DNA of 64,000 nt from positions 736,001 to 800,000 of the forward strand of contig CALSNU010000001.1 in NCBI GenBank assembly GCA_943787795.1, written 5' to 3'. Shown one piece after another: positions 45,762-56,093 of the stretch. The notes under the pieces were generated by a model that was given only the letters and a program-made list of their open reading frames with translations, was not told the origin of the DNA and searched no databases. The stretch's first letter is position 1. Every line of letters begins with the position of its first letter. Made by a program: the position numbers and the translations under genes. Source of the stretch: an uncultured bacterium (lineage in GTDB: Bacteria > Planctomycetota > UBA1135 > GCA-002686595).

Positions 45762-48700
45762 AGCGGCCCGTCGGCGGAGAGCGCGCTCTCAAGCAGCGCG
45801 CGGGTCCAGCGCAGGTGGCGCCGCCGCTTGAGCCTTGAGCTGAGACGCTCGTTGTCGTCCTGGATCCGACGTTCGATGCTCCGGCGCACCCGAATCGCGA
45901 GCCTGGTCTTCCCGCGCTCCGTCAGCGCGAGCGAGAGGGTCGCGCTGATGACGATACGATCGGGGAGCTCGGCGCCGTGCTCGTCGGTCAATCGCTGGGC
46001 TTGCTGCGCGAAGCGTAGGGCTTCCCTCCGGTCGCCGCTCTCGCGGGCGAGGCGAGCCTCCACGGCCAGGGTCAGCGCGAGGTGTCGCTGGAGCCCGAGC
46101 GCGGTCGAGAGGCGGTGGGCGCGGCGGACCAGATCGGCGGCGCCGGCGAGCCCCTGCTCCCCGATGAGGATGCCCAGGAAGAGCGAGACGGTGGCCTCTC
46201 CCCGGCGGTCCTCGGTGCGTCGAGCCGCGAAGAGGGCGTCCCGCAGCATGAGCTCGGCCTCCCGCTCTCGCCCCACGTCGGCCAGTAGCCGCCCGTGCCT
46301 GGCGGCGACCTCCACCTCGATCCGCCCCTCGCCACCCCGGAGGGCGAGCTCGCCGGCTCTCTCGAATGCACGGTCGGCCATCCGCTGGCGACCGATGAGT
46401 CGCCATGCGCGGCCTGCGATCAGGCTCGACTCTGCCCTCGCGGCCGTCGCGCCCAGGCTCCGCTCGTTGCGCCGCAGGGAGCGCCGCAGGCGCGTGAGGG
46501 TGACAAGGGCGGCTTCGGGGTCGCCCCCGTGGATGAGGATCAAGGCGTCGAGGAGTTCGGCGTGGGCGCTCGCAACGGGGTCGGGGGCGAGGTCCGCGGC
46601 CTCCTTGGCGCGCCGTCTGGCCTCGGCCAGATCCCCGTGCTCCAGGGCGATTCGCCCGGACAGTCGAGCGATCTCCGAGCGGTCGGCGGCGAGCTGTTGC
46701 CCGCGCACCCCCGCCGCTCTGGGCGGCACGGGTGGCGAGGGCTTCGGCGTTGCGCAAGAGGCCTCGAGCCAGCCCGAACTCTCCGCCGCCGATGGAGAAG
46801 CGCGCGTGCAGGAGGTACACGCGCGCTCCCTCCGCGGGCCGCCGCTCGAGGTCCAGCTCGAGCTCCCCGAGCCCCTCCAGCGCTGCGCGCTGCTCGGCCC
46901 TCTCCCCGAGCCGATCCGCCGCCCCCGCGAGCGCCTCCAGGAAGATCCGTCGTGGGCCGGCGAGGTCTCCCGTGGCGTCGAGGGCCTCGAGGCCCCACCC
47001 CGCCAGCGTGGCGAGGCGGTGGGGGTGACCCGCGCTGGCGAGGCGCTTCAGCATGCCGGGCAGGATCGAGAGGAGCTCCCCGAGGGCCTCACCTTCCCGC
47101 AGGTGGAAGGCGCGGCGGAAGCTCGGTCGCAGGCCGCGCCGTACCTCGAGCTGGCTCAGCGCGCGCGCCACCGCGAGGTGGCCGCGGCGCCGGCGGCCGG
47201 GCGATATCTTCGCGAGGATCTCCTCTCGCTCGATCGGCTCGGCGAAGCGATAGCGTCCTCCAGAGGGCACGATCCATCCGGTGCGTACGAGGTGGCTGAA
47301 GGCGGCCTCGAGGGTGCCGATGGGGACCCCGGCCCAAGCGTGCGAGACCACGGTGGACTCGAAGCGGCTGCCGACGATCGCCAGGCGTTCGAGCCAGATC
47401 CGGGAGCGGCCTTCGAGGGTCGAGAGCCGCTCATCCACCGCCTCAAGGATCCCCTTGGGTCGCGGGAGGTCGTCGGGCGAGATCAGGAGTTCGAGCCCTC
47501 GATCCTGGCCAGCGATGGGGCGGGCCCAGCCCCGCTCTTCCATCAAGCGCAGGACCTCCTCGATGCTCCCTGGGACTCCGCCGGTCCGTTCATGAAGGGC
47601 GCGCGCGAGCCGAAGCCTGGGGACCGAGTGGTGGAAGGTGTGCTCGACGATCCGGAGGACCGCTTCCTCGCTGATCGGCTCCAGCGGGATCGGGACCGTG
47701 AACGGCTGCATGCGCCGCCGCAGTTCGGCGAGCCCTGCCGCCCTCCGGAATCCGGCCCGTTGCCGCTCGCCAAGGACCAGCAGCAGGCGCGTCTCCTGCA
47801 GGCCCCGGGCCACTCGCATGAGCGCGTCGAGGGTCGTGGTGCCGGCGAAGTTGATGTCGTCCAGGAAGAGGATGGTCGGGCGGGACTTCCCCAGCGCCAG
47901 CATCCACTCGCCGAGGGCTGCCGCCTCGGTCACCTCTTGATCCTGCGGCGTGCGCGCGCCCGGGTCGAGGGCGTTGATGAGGGTGCGGGCGATGGGGGGC
48001 GTCACCGCGGCCTCCAACAGGGCCCTGGATCGCGCTCCGGGGGCGACGTCTTGGGGGAGATGAAGCCAGCGCCGAACCAGGGTCAGGAGCGTGGCGCCGG
48101 GGCGCTCCTCGGTCACCCGCTCGCAGCGCCCATAGATGTAGATCGGCGGGGACTCGGAGCGTCGCCGGATGAGGTGCACGAACTCCGTCACCAGCCGGGA
48201 CTTGCCCATGCCGCGCTCCCCGCGCAGGAGCGCCACGGCGCCACCATCGCAGGCCTGACTCCACGCTCCAGAGAGCAAGTCGAGCTCCATCCGGCGGCCT
48301 GCGAGTGGGAGGTCGTGACGGCCAGCCCAGGGGGTCCCCTCCGCCCGGTCGCCGGCCCCCTCCGAGAGGCGGGCCCGCCACCAGGGCGAGGCCTCGCCGT
48401 CCTCGAGCACGCGGGCGACGGTCGCGCAGGTCGGGCGGTCCGCGGGTCGCGGCGCAAGGGACGCGAGCACGATCGCGTCGAGCAGCGGGGACAGCCTCGG
48501 GACCACGTTCGAGGGCGGAGAGACCCTGCCCGATCGAAGGCGCTTGAGGTCGGGAGGGACACCACAGGCCGGGGAGCCCACGGCGATCTCGAAGAGGAGC
48601 GCGCCGAGGGCGAAGGTGTCCGCTGTCGCGGCTGCAGCGGAGCCGCGTGCGCGCTCAGGCGCGACAAAGCGGGGCGTGCCGAGGGCCGCCTCCGCCGCGC

Positions 48701-49358
48701 CCTCGCGCTCGGCGTGACCGAGGTCCACGAGGCTGGCGCGGCCCGCTCGGTCCAGCCGGACGTTGTCTGGCTTGACGTCGCCGTGGACCCAGCCTGCCTG
48801 GTGAAGCGCGGCAAGGGCCGCGGCCAGCCGGGCGCCGATCGCCCGCACCGTGGGTTCAGGGAGGGCACCGGCGACCTCGAGCTCTTCGGACAGTGAGACG
48901 CCGGGGATGAAGTCCTGGAGCAGCCACGGGCGCTTGGCCCCGGCGTCGGAAGCCGCGTCGGAAGCCGCGCCGGAAGCCGAGTTGGACGGGGCGCCAGACG
49001 GGGTGGCAGACGGGGTGGCTTCTGGCGGCGCCACGCCGTCGGCGAGGGGAGGGGTCGGCTCCGTCTCCTCGAGCAGGTAAGTCCGGGCGACCGCGGCATG
49101 GGCGAAGGTGGCCGAGGCGCGTACCTCGCGGCGCAAGGTGCCGAGGGCGTCCGGGTCCCCGGCGAGCTCCGGCCGCAGGATCTTGACCGCGACGTCCGCT
49201 CCCGCGGCAAAAGGACCCCAGGCCCGGATCGCCCGAGCGCGCCAGACCCGGCTGGTGTTTCCCAGCCCATGCAGCTCCAGCAACTCCAGGTCGGGGGTGC
49301 CTGACGAACCGTGCTCGCCGGATTCCTGGCGATCGTGAGCTGGACTGGGCGAGGTCAT
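45734..49358 (-). CDS. Ser/Thr kinase-AAA ATPase-TPR protein (STAND-like); apparent +1 frameshift at 46708-46712
   Basis: VAVK, HGDVKPDN, DLG, GTPRFVAPE; Walker A GERGMGKS, Walker B ILFLDD; TPR-like C-terminus continues in ORF 45734-46729. Confidence 0.82.
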
Positions 49359-49472
49359 CTGGGCGCCGAACCGGTACCTTGTGCGTCCGCGGGGGGTGCT
49401 CCATCCATGGGGCCTGGGCCCGGAGACGCTCCCGGGCCCCGAGTCTACGAAGCCCCGCTTGCTCCACGACCC

Positions 49473-50898
49473 TTGACCTTCCACGTCTACAACTCACTCA
49501 CCCGATCCAAGGCGCCGTTCTCGACCATCGAGGAGGGTGTGGTCCGCATGTACAACTGCGGGCCGACGGTCTATGGCCGTCCGCACATCGGAAATTATCG
49601 GAGCTTTCTCTTCGCGGACATCCTGCGTCGGTGGCTCGAGTACCTCGGCTATGACGTCCAGCAGGTGATGAACATCACCGACGTCGGGCACCTCACCGAC
49701 GATACGGAAGCCGACTCCTCCGGCGAGGACAAGGTCGAGGCCCGCGCGCGGGCTGAGAAGAAGGATCCGTTCGAGATCACCCGCGAGTACACCGCCATGT
49801 TCCTCGAGGACATGGCCGCGCTCGGGGTCAAGGAGCCGATGGCTCGTCCGCGCGCCACGGAGTACATCGATGAGATGGTCGAGATGGTGGAGGCCCTGAT
49901 CGAGAAGGGGCACGCATACAGGGTCGACGACAACGTCTACTTCGACGTCACGAGCTTCTCCGAGTACGGCCGCCTGTCGGGGAATCGGGTGGATGACCTC
50001 GAGGCTGGAAAGCGCGTGGAGGTCAATGAGGACAAGCGGCACCCCGCGGACTTCGCGCTCTGGAAGAGCGACCCCCGCTCACCTGATGAAGTGGGAGACG
50101 GTCTTCGGGTCGGACGGGTTCCCCGGGTGGCATATCGAGTGCTCGGCCATGGCCAAGGCGCTCCTCGGTGAGCAGATTGACATCCACACGGGTGGTGAAG
50201 ACAACGTCTTCCCACACCACGAGTGTGAGATCGCTCAGAGCGCATGCGCCAACGGCGTGCCGTTGGCTGAGGTCTGGATGCACGCCAAGTTCCTGCAGGT
50301 GGACGGCGGCAAGATGAGCAAGAGCCTCGGCAACGTCTACACCCTGCCGGACGTGGTGGCGCGCGGGTTCGAGCCACGCCACCTGCGCTTTGCGCTGGTC
50401 CGGGGTCACTACCGAACCCAGATCAACTTCACATGGGCGATCATGGACGAGATCCGGGCTCGGCTGGAGAACCTCGATGAGATCGCCGTCCTGCTGCACC
50501 GGATCCTCGACGGTGGGGCGGCCGCCAGGGACGGCGCTGGACGCGAGACCCTGACCGCCGCCATCACGGGCTTTGAGGCTGGTATGAACGACGACCTCAA
50601 CATGCCGGTGGCGCTCGCCGCGCTGGAGGGGCTGCGCAAGCCGCTCCTGGAGGTGGCCATCGGCGCGGATGTGGCGCGGGATGCCATGCAGTGGCTGGAG
50701 CGCGCCAACTCGGTCCTGGGCTTCGTCGAGACCGGGGCGCAGAGCGCAGACGAGGAGGTCGAGGCCCTCATCGAGGCCAGGACCGCGGCCAAGGCTGCCA
50801 AGGACTGGCCGGCTGCCGACGCGGCCCGAGACGCCCTGACCGCGCTCGGCATCGAGATCCAGGACACCCCCGAAGGGCTCGTCTGGCGGCGCCGCTGA
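49473..50898 (+). CDS. cysS: Cysteine--tRNA ligase; apparent +1 frameshift at 50072-50076
   Basis: [25 protein letters not shown] | [27 protein letters not shown]. Confidence 0.95.
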
Positions 50899-51012
50899 AG
50901 CTCCGCCGAGTCTTCGCTGAGCGCAGCGGGAGAGCGGGCGTGGGGGCTCAGTCTTCCCCTGGGGGAGCATCATCCTCGCCCGGCACGGCCGCGGCGTTGG
51001 TGATGGGGCGGG

Positions 51013-51417
51013 CTAGCTCGCGGGGCCGTCGGACCCCTCGCTCGGCTCCTCTTGGCCTCGGATCTGCCGGTCCTTCCTGAGCGCCTGGGTGATCATGTCG
51101 TCCATCTGCTCGGCGTCGGACGCGGTGGTATCGGCGAGGAAACGGAGCTGAGGGATCGACCTCGTCTCGAGCACGCGGCCCACCTGCTTGCGGATGAAGC
51201 CTGTGGCATGCTCGAGCATCTGTGACGCCTGGGACCGCTCGGAGCTGCTCCCGAGGACGGAGTAGAAGAGCTTCGCCACGGACAAGTCCGAGTTGAGCTC
51301 CACGCGGACGATCGTGATGAACTGCGCTCGAGGATCAGAGATCTCGTGCTGGAGACAGTGCGCGGCACGGCGCTGAATCGCAGCCTCGATACGGGCAATA
51401 GTACGCGGGTTCGCCAT
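51013..51417 (-). CDS. rbfA: Ribosome-binding factor A
   Basis: EISDPR, VELNSDLSVAK, GFIRKQV, IPQLRF..D; follows infB. Confidence 0.93.
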   Translation of the reverse strand: MANPRTIARIEAAIQRRAAHCLQHEISDPRAQFITIVRVELNSDLSVAKLFYSVLGSSSERSQASQMLEHATGFIRKQVGRVLETRSIPQLRFLADTTASDAEQMDDMITQALRKDRQIRGQEEPSEGSDGPAS

Positions 51418-51459
51418 GGTTCCTTTTCCTCGGGCAGCCCGGTGACGGGCCTCACGAAA

Positions 51460-51484
51460 GGCGGGGCACCGGAGGTGCCCCGCC
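51460..51484 (-). terminator. Hairpin followed by UUU between infB and rbfA
   Basis: 11-bp stem ggcggggcacc/ggtgccccgcc, followed by TTT on the minus strand. Confidence 0.55.
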
Positions 51485-51519
51485 CGGGTCGAGCGCCGCG
51501 CGGCCGCGGCGTCGTTCGA

Positions 51520-54450
51520 TCAGAGCGACCGCTTGATCTCCTTCATGCGGTACGCCTCGACCACGTCTTCCAGGCGGATGTCGCGGAAGTCCTTGAGGAC
51601 GATGCCGCACTCGAAGCCGGAGCGGACCTCGTTGGCCTCCTCCTTCTCCCGTCGGAGCGACCCGATCTGGCCGGTGTACACGACGGTGCCATCGCGGATC
51701 AGGCGCACCTTGTTGCTGCGCTTGACCGTGCCGTCGGTGACCATGCAGCCAGCGATGAGTCCGATCTTGGAGGACTTGAAGAGCCGTCGAATCTCGACGT
51801 GGCCCATGATCTCCTCCTCGTACTCCGGCTTCAGCGCGCCTTCCATGACGCGTCGGAGGTCATCGAGCAGCTCGTAGATGACGCCGTAGCGGCGTACAAC
51901 GAGGCCGCCGCGCTCAGCCGCCTGACGCGCCTTCGGGTTCACCGAGACGTGGAAGGCGATCAGCAGAGCTTCAGAGGTGGAGGCGAGGTCGACATCGCTC
52001 TCCGTGATGGGGCCGACGCCGGCGTGCACCAGCTTGACCTGGACCTCGTCGTGCTCGAGCGCGTCGATCTCCTGGCGGATGACCTCGACCGAGCCCTGGA
52101 CGTCCGCGCGGACAATGACGTTGATGACCTCGCGCTCCGTCTTCGGAGCGGACCCGAGGATCGCCTCGAGCTCGCGGCTCGGCTCGCGCTTGGACGCCAG
52201 CATCTTGGCTCGGCTCGTGCGCTCGCGCTCCTGGGCGATCTCTTTGGCCTGAGCCAGGGTCTCGATGACGTGGAAGGGCTGCCCGACGCCCGGGAGGGCG
52301 TCGAGGCCGGTGACCGACACGGGGGTCGATGGGCCGGCGACCTTCAGGGTCTTGCCTCGGTCATTGATGATCTGGCGGACCTTGCCGTAGCCCTCGCCGG
52401 CGAGGATGACGTCGCCCTTGTTGAGCGTGCCGTCCTGCACGAGAAGGTGGGCGATGATGCCCCTGCCCTGCTGGATCTCGGCCTCGAGGACCACGCCAGC
52501 GGCCGGGCCGTCCGGGTGGGCACGGAGGCCCAACTCGGACTCGCCCATGAGGAAGATGTGCTCGAGGAGCTCCTCGATGCCGTCTCCAGTCATGCCTGAG
52601 GTCTCGAACATGGCGGTCTTGCCGCCGTACTGCTCAGGGACAAGCTCCTGGCCCATCAGCTGCTGGATCACCGAGTTCGCGTTGAACTCGGGGCGGTCCT
52701 TCTTGTTGATGGCGACCACGATAGGGGTGCCGGCCGCGCGGGCGTGTGCGATGGCCTCGACGGTGCTCGGCTTGACGCCGTCATCTCCAGCGACCACGAG
52801 CACGACAATGTCCACGGCCTTGGCGCCTCGGGCGCGCATCGCCGTGAAGGCCTGGTGACCGGGGGTGTCAACGATGGTGACGGTGTGGCCCAGACGGGTC
52901 TGGACCTGGTACGCGCCGACGTGCTGCGTGATGCCGCCCGACTCCTTGTCCGCGACCTTGGTCTCGCGGATCTTGTCGATGAGCGTCGTCTTGCCGTGGT
53001 CGACGTGGCCGAGGAACGCCACGGTGGGGGAGCGCTCGAAGAGCAGCTCCTCCTCGATCTCGCTTCGCTTCTTGGCGACCTCGTCGATCATCAGCTGCTC
53101 GGCGGTGACCTCCTGCTTGACCTCGAGGGTGACCCCGAACTCGGAGGCGAGGAGCGTCGCCGTGTCGCCGTCGATGGTCGCGTTCAGCGTGAACATGCCG
53201 AGCTGCTGCTCGAGGGCCCGCTTCTGGACCACGCTGCTCTTGAGCGAGAGGCCGTCGGCGAGCTTCGCCATCGTGATCGGCTCCTCGATCGCGACGGTGC
53301 TCCCGCGGTAAGGCGACTCGGTGACCTGGTCTCGGCTGCCGCCGCGACCGCCGCTGTTCCGGCGACCCGGAGGCCCGCCAGCAGCTCGGTTGCGCCGCAG
53401 GAAGCGGCCCTGCTCGCGCTCGCGGAGCTCCGCGGCGGTCATCTTGCCTCGCGGCCCGGCGGGGCCAGCCTGGCGGTTGCGGTCACGTCCGAAGGTGGGG
53501 CGGACGTCGGGCGTCGCGTCATCCCTCGACTGGAGCCTGCGAGAATCCGGGCGGCTTCGGCTGGGCGAGGCCTGCTGGAAGCTCGACGGATCGATGAAGC
53601 CGACGACGTTGCCCTTGCGGCCGGCGCCCTCTGTTGCGGCAGGCGCCGCAGTGTCACCTGCTGCTGGAGCCGGCTTGGGAGCGTCGCCAGCCGGAGTCTC
53701 AGGGGCGGGAGCGGCCGGAGACTCAGCCACCGTGCCTTCGGCGGCGGGCGCCGCCGGGCCAGCTTCGGCAGCGGGGGGCGCCTCGATCGGTGCGGAGACC
53801 TCGCTCACTGGCTGGGGAGCCGTCGGCGCTTCAGCCCCGGTAGCGTCAGGCTGGGGAGCCTCCGCAGCGGGAGCCGCAGCGGTCGGAGCCTCGACAGCGG
53901 GAGCAGTAGGGGTCTCGGAGACGGGGGCCTCGGCGACCGGAGCTCCAGCGGCCGGAGCCTCCGCGGCCGGAGCTTCAGCCGCAGGAGCCTCGGCGGCGGG
54001 AGCTTCAGCGGCGGGAGCCTCAGCCGCAGGAGCCTCAGCCGCAGGAGCCTCAGCCGCAGGAGCCTCAGCCGCAGGAGCCTCAGCGGCGGGCGCAGGCGCG
54101 ACCGGAGCCGGAGCAGGGGGAGCCGCGGCGGTGGGAGCCGGGGTCTTCTTCCTGCGCTTCAGGCCGGGGAGGCCGGCGAGTGCGCCGTCGTGGTCTTCCG
54201 CGGCAGCGGCCTTCCTGCGCTTCTTGACGCGCAGTCCGCCGCTCTCGTCAGCGGGGGCCTCTTCAGGCTCGCTGGGCGAGATGCCGTTGGCCTCGAGCAG
54301 TCCCATCGCCTGGACCTGCTCGAACTGGTCCAACGCGGACATGTGGCTCTTCGCCTTGCTGAATCCGAAGTCTCGAAGCTTGGACGCCAGGTCCTTGCCG
54401 GGCATGCCGTACTTCTTCGCGAGATCGTGGATGCGTACCTTGTCGCTCAA
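51520..54450 (-). CDS. infB: Translation initiation factor IF-2 (TTG start inferred)
   Basis: KVRIHDLAK N-terminus, GHVDHGKTT, GGITQH, DTPGHQAF, NKKD, DVQGS, GFECGI. Confidence 0.97.
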   Translation of the reverse strand: MSDKVRIHDLAKKYGMPGKDLASKLRDFGFSKAKSHMSALDQFEQVQAMGLLEANGISPSEPEEAPADESGGLRVKKRRKAAAAEDHDGALAGLPGLKRRKKTPAPTAAAPPAPAPVAPAPAAEAPAAEAPAAEAPAAEAPAAEAPAAEAPAAEAPAAEAPAAEAPAAGAPVAEAPVSETPTAPAVEAPTAAAPAAEAPQPDATGAEAPTAPQPVSEVSAPIEAPPAAEAGPAAPAAEGTVAESPAAPAPETPAGDAPKPAPAAGDTAAPAATEGAGRKGNVVGFIDPSSFQQASPSRSRPDSRRLQSRDDATPDVRPTFGRDRNRQAGPAGPRGKMTAAELREREQGRFLRRNRAAGGPPGRRNSGGRGGSRDQVTESPYRGSTVAIEEPITMAKLADGLSLKSSVVQKRALEQQLGMFTLNATIDGDTATLLASEFGVTLEVKQEVTAEQLMIDEVAKKRSEIEEELLFERSPTVAFLGHVDHGKTTLIDKIRETKVADKESGGITQHVGAYQVQTRLGHTVTIVDTPGHQAFTAMRARGAKAVDIVVLVVAGDDGVKPSTVEAIAHARAAGTPIVVAINKKDRPEFNANSVIQQLMGQELVPEQYGGKTAMFETSGMTGDGIEELLEHIFLMGESELGLRAHPDGPAAGVVLEAEIQQGRGIIAHLLVQDGTLNKGDVILAGEGYGKVRQIINDRGKTLKVAGPSTPVSVTGLDALPGVGQPFHVIETLAQAKEIAQERERTSRAKMLASKREPSRELEAILGSAPKTEREVINVIVRADVQGSVEVIRQEIDALEHDEVQVKLVHAGVGPITESDVDLASTSEALLIAFHVSVNPKARQAAERGGLVVRRYGVIYELLDDLRRVMEGALKPEYEEEIMGHVEIRRLFKSSKIGLIAGCMVTDGTVKRSNKVRLIRDGTVVYTGQIGSLRREKEEANEVRSGFECGIVLKDFRDIRLEDVVEAYRMKEIKRSL
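53924..54090 (-). repeat. 15-bp coding tandem repeat (AEAPA)n in the IF-2 N-terminal linker
   Basis: About 11 units of ggagcctcagccgca-like sequence. Confidence 0.9.
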
Positions 54451-54705
54451 ACTTTGGGTGTTGGGTTCTTGGGGCGCTCGTGGGGGGTGTAGAGCGCCGG
54501 GCTGGCCGTGGTCATCTCCGAGATCGGCCAGCGTGAAGATCACCTGGTTCGAGCGGGGAGATCGTCCTCAAAGCGGACGAAGTGGCGTGTTCTGGGGGGC
54601 GTTGGAAGGCCGGAGGAGTGAGCGCGCTGGAGCGCGCGACCCTCAGGCTTCATGGCGGGAGACAATCACGATGATGTGTTGGGCTCTGGGTACTCGGGGC
54701 TGGCG

Positions 54706-55845
54706 TCAGGACGCCGCCGGGGGGGCCGGCGGTTCCTCGACAGCCGCAGAATCAACCGAGGCGGCCTCGTTGGGAGCCTCCACGGGGACAGTTTCGGCTT
54801 CGGAGTGGTCCCCGGCGGGAGCCTCAGCGGACTCAGCGGGAGCCTCAACGGCACCGTCGATCTCACCCTCTGCGGGGGCAGAGCCAGCGTCTTCGAAGTA
54901 CTCCTCTCGGGTCTTGATGTCGATTTCCCAGCCGCACAGGCGGCTGGCGAGGCGGACGTTCTGGCCGCGCTTGCCGATGGCAAGGGACTGCTGCTCCTCG
55001 TCCACGAGCACCGTCACGGAGTGACGGTCGACGTGGGGGTAGATGTTGTCCAGGTGGATCTTGGCCGGCCCGAGCCCGTTCATGACGAGGGTCTCGAGGG
55101 AGTCGCTCCACCGGATGATGTCGATGCGCTCGCCGCGCAGCTCGTCGATGACGGCCTTGATCCTCGAGCCGCGGACGCCGACGCAGGCGCCAATGGCGTC
55201 GATCTTGGGGTCGCTGGAGAGGACGGCCATCTTCGTGCGATAGCCGGGCTCACGGACGACGCGCTTGATCTCGATGATCTGGTCAGCGATCTCAGGCACC
55301 TCCAGCTCGAAGAGTCGACGCACGAGGTCGGGGTGGGTCCGGCTGACCAGCACCTTGACGCGGCTGCCGTCCTTGCGGACCTCGACGATGATGACGCGGA
55401 TCCGATCGCCGGGGGCATAGGTCTCCCCGCGGACGCGGTCCTCGCGGATCAGGTTCGCCTCAACGTCTCCGAGGCTGACGATGAGGTCCTGCCCTTCGTA
55501 GCGCTGGACCTCGCCGCTGATGAGCTGGCCGACCCGTGCCTCGTACTTGTCATAGAAGACGTCGCGCTCGGCCTCTCGGACGCGCTGTGTGAACCCCTGC
55601 TTGACCGTCTGAGCGACGATCCTGCCGAGATCCTCCATGTCAAACTCGTAGACGCCTTCATCGTCCTCGATCGTGACCTCACCGGACTCCCGGTCGATGG
55701 TGCAGATCAGGTCCTCGCCCTCGCCGAAGCGCTTGCGCACGGCAGCGGCCATCGACTCCTCCAGGGCGCGGAAGATGACTTCCCGAGGGATGTTCTTCAT
55801 CGCGTGGAGCGCGTCGATTGTCTGGAGGAGGGTCTCGGGGTTCAT
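54706..55845 (-). CDS. nusA: Transcription termination/antitermination factor NusA
   Basis: LGRIVAQTVKQ, VSRTHPD, FELEVPEI, REPGYRTK, GACVGVRGSR, AIGKRGQNVRLA. Confidence 0.97.
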   Translation of the reverse strand: MNPETLLQTIDALHAMKNIPREVIFRALEESMAAAVRKRFGEGEDLICTIDRESGEVTIEDDEGVYEFDMEDLGRIVAQTVKQGFTQRVREAERDVFYDKYEARVGQLISGEVQRYEGQDLIVSLGDVEANLIREDRVRGETYAPGDRIRVIIVEVRKDGSRVKVLVSRTHPDLVRRLFELEVPEIADQIIEIKRVVREPGYRTKMAVLSSDPKIDAIGACVGVRGSRIKAVIDELRGERIDIIRWSDSLETLVMNGLGPAKIHLDNIYPHVDRHSVTVLVDEEQQSLAIGKRGQNVRLASRLCGWEIDIKTREEYFEDAGSAPAEGEIDGAVEAPAESAEAPAGDHSEAETVPVEAPNEAASVDSAAVEEPPAPPAAS

Positions 55846-55866
55846 GGCTCGAGGTCGGGGCAATAG

Positions 55867-55894
55867 AAAAGGAGCGGGGGAATCCCCGCTCCTT
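55867..55894 (-). promoter_or_regulatory. rimP-leader-like attenuator hairpin upstream of nusA
   Basis: Minus strand AAGGAGCGGGG-ATTC-CCCCGCTCCTT-TT, ending about 21 nt before the nusA ATG. Confidence 0.65.
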
Positions 55895-56093
55895 CCGCTG
55901 CGCAGGGGCAGTCAGCTCCGTGTTGAGAACGGGGCTGGCAGCGAATGCGCGGTGTCCAGGAGAGTTTGTAGGGTCTTCAGGCGCCGCGTAGTTTGGTCCA
56001 GGGGGTCCGGGGAGTCAACCTCTCCCGGCTCGCTTCCCGGGGCCTTCAATGACGCCTCCTCGACGCGTGTCGGCCCCTGCCCAAGATCCGACG

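Noticed and set aside
50072..50076. Programmed frameshift or pseudogenisation of cysS
   Set aside because: No typical slippery heptamer, the gene is normally essential, and the same homopolymer error pattern occurs elsewhere
55936..55950. Sigma-54 promoter TGGCAGCGAATGCGC upstream of the activator gene
   Set aside because: Has GG-N10-GC spacing but lacks TGGCAC and TTGC; plausible by chance at this GC content
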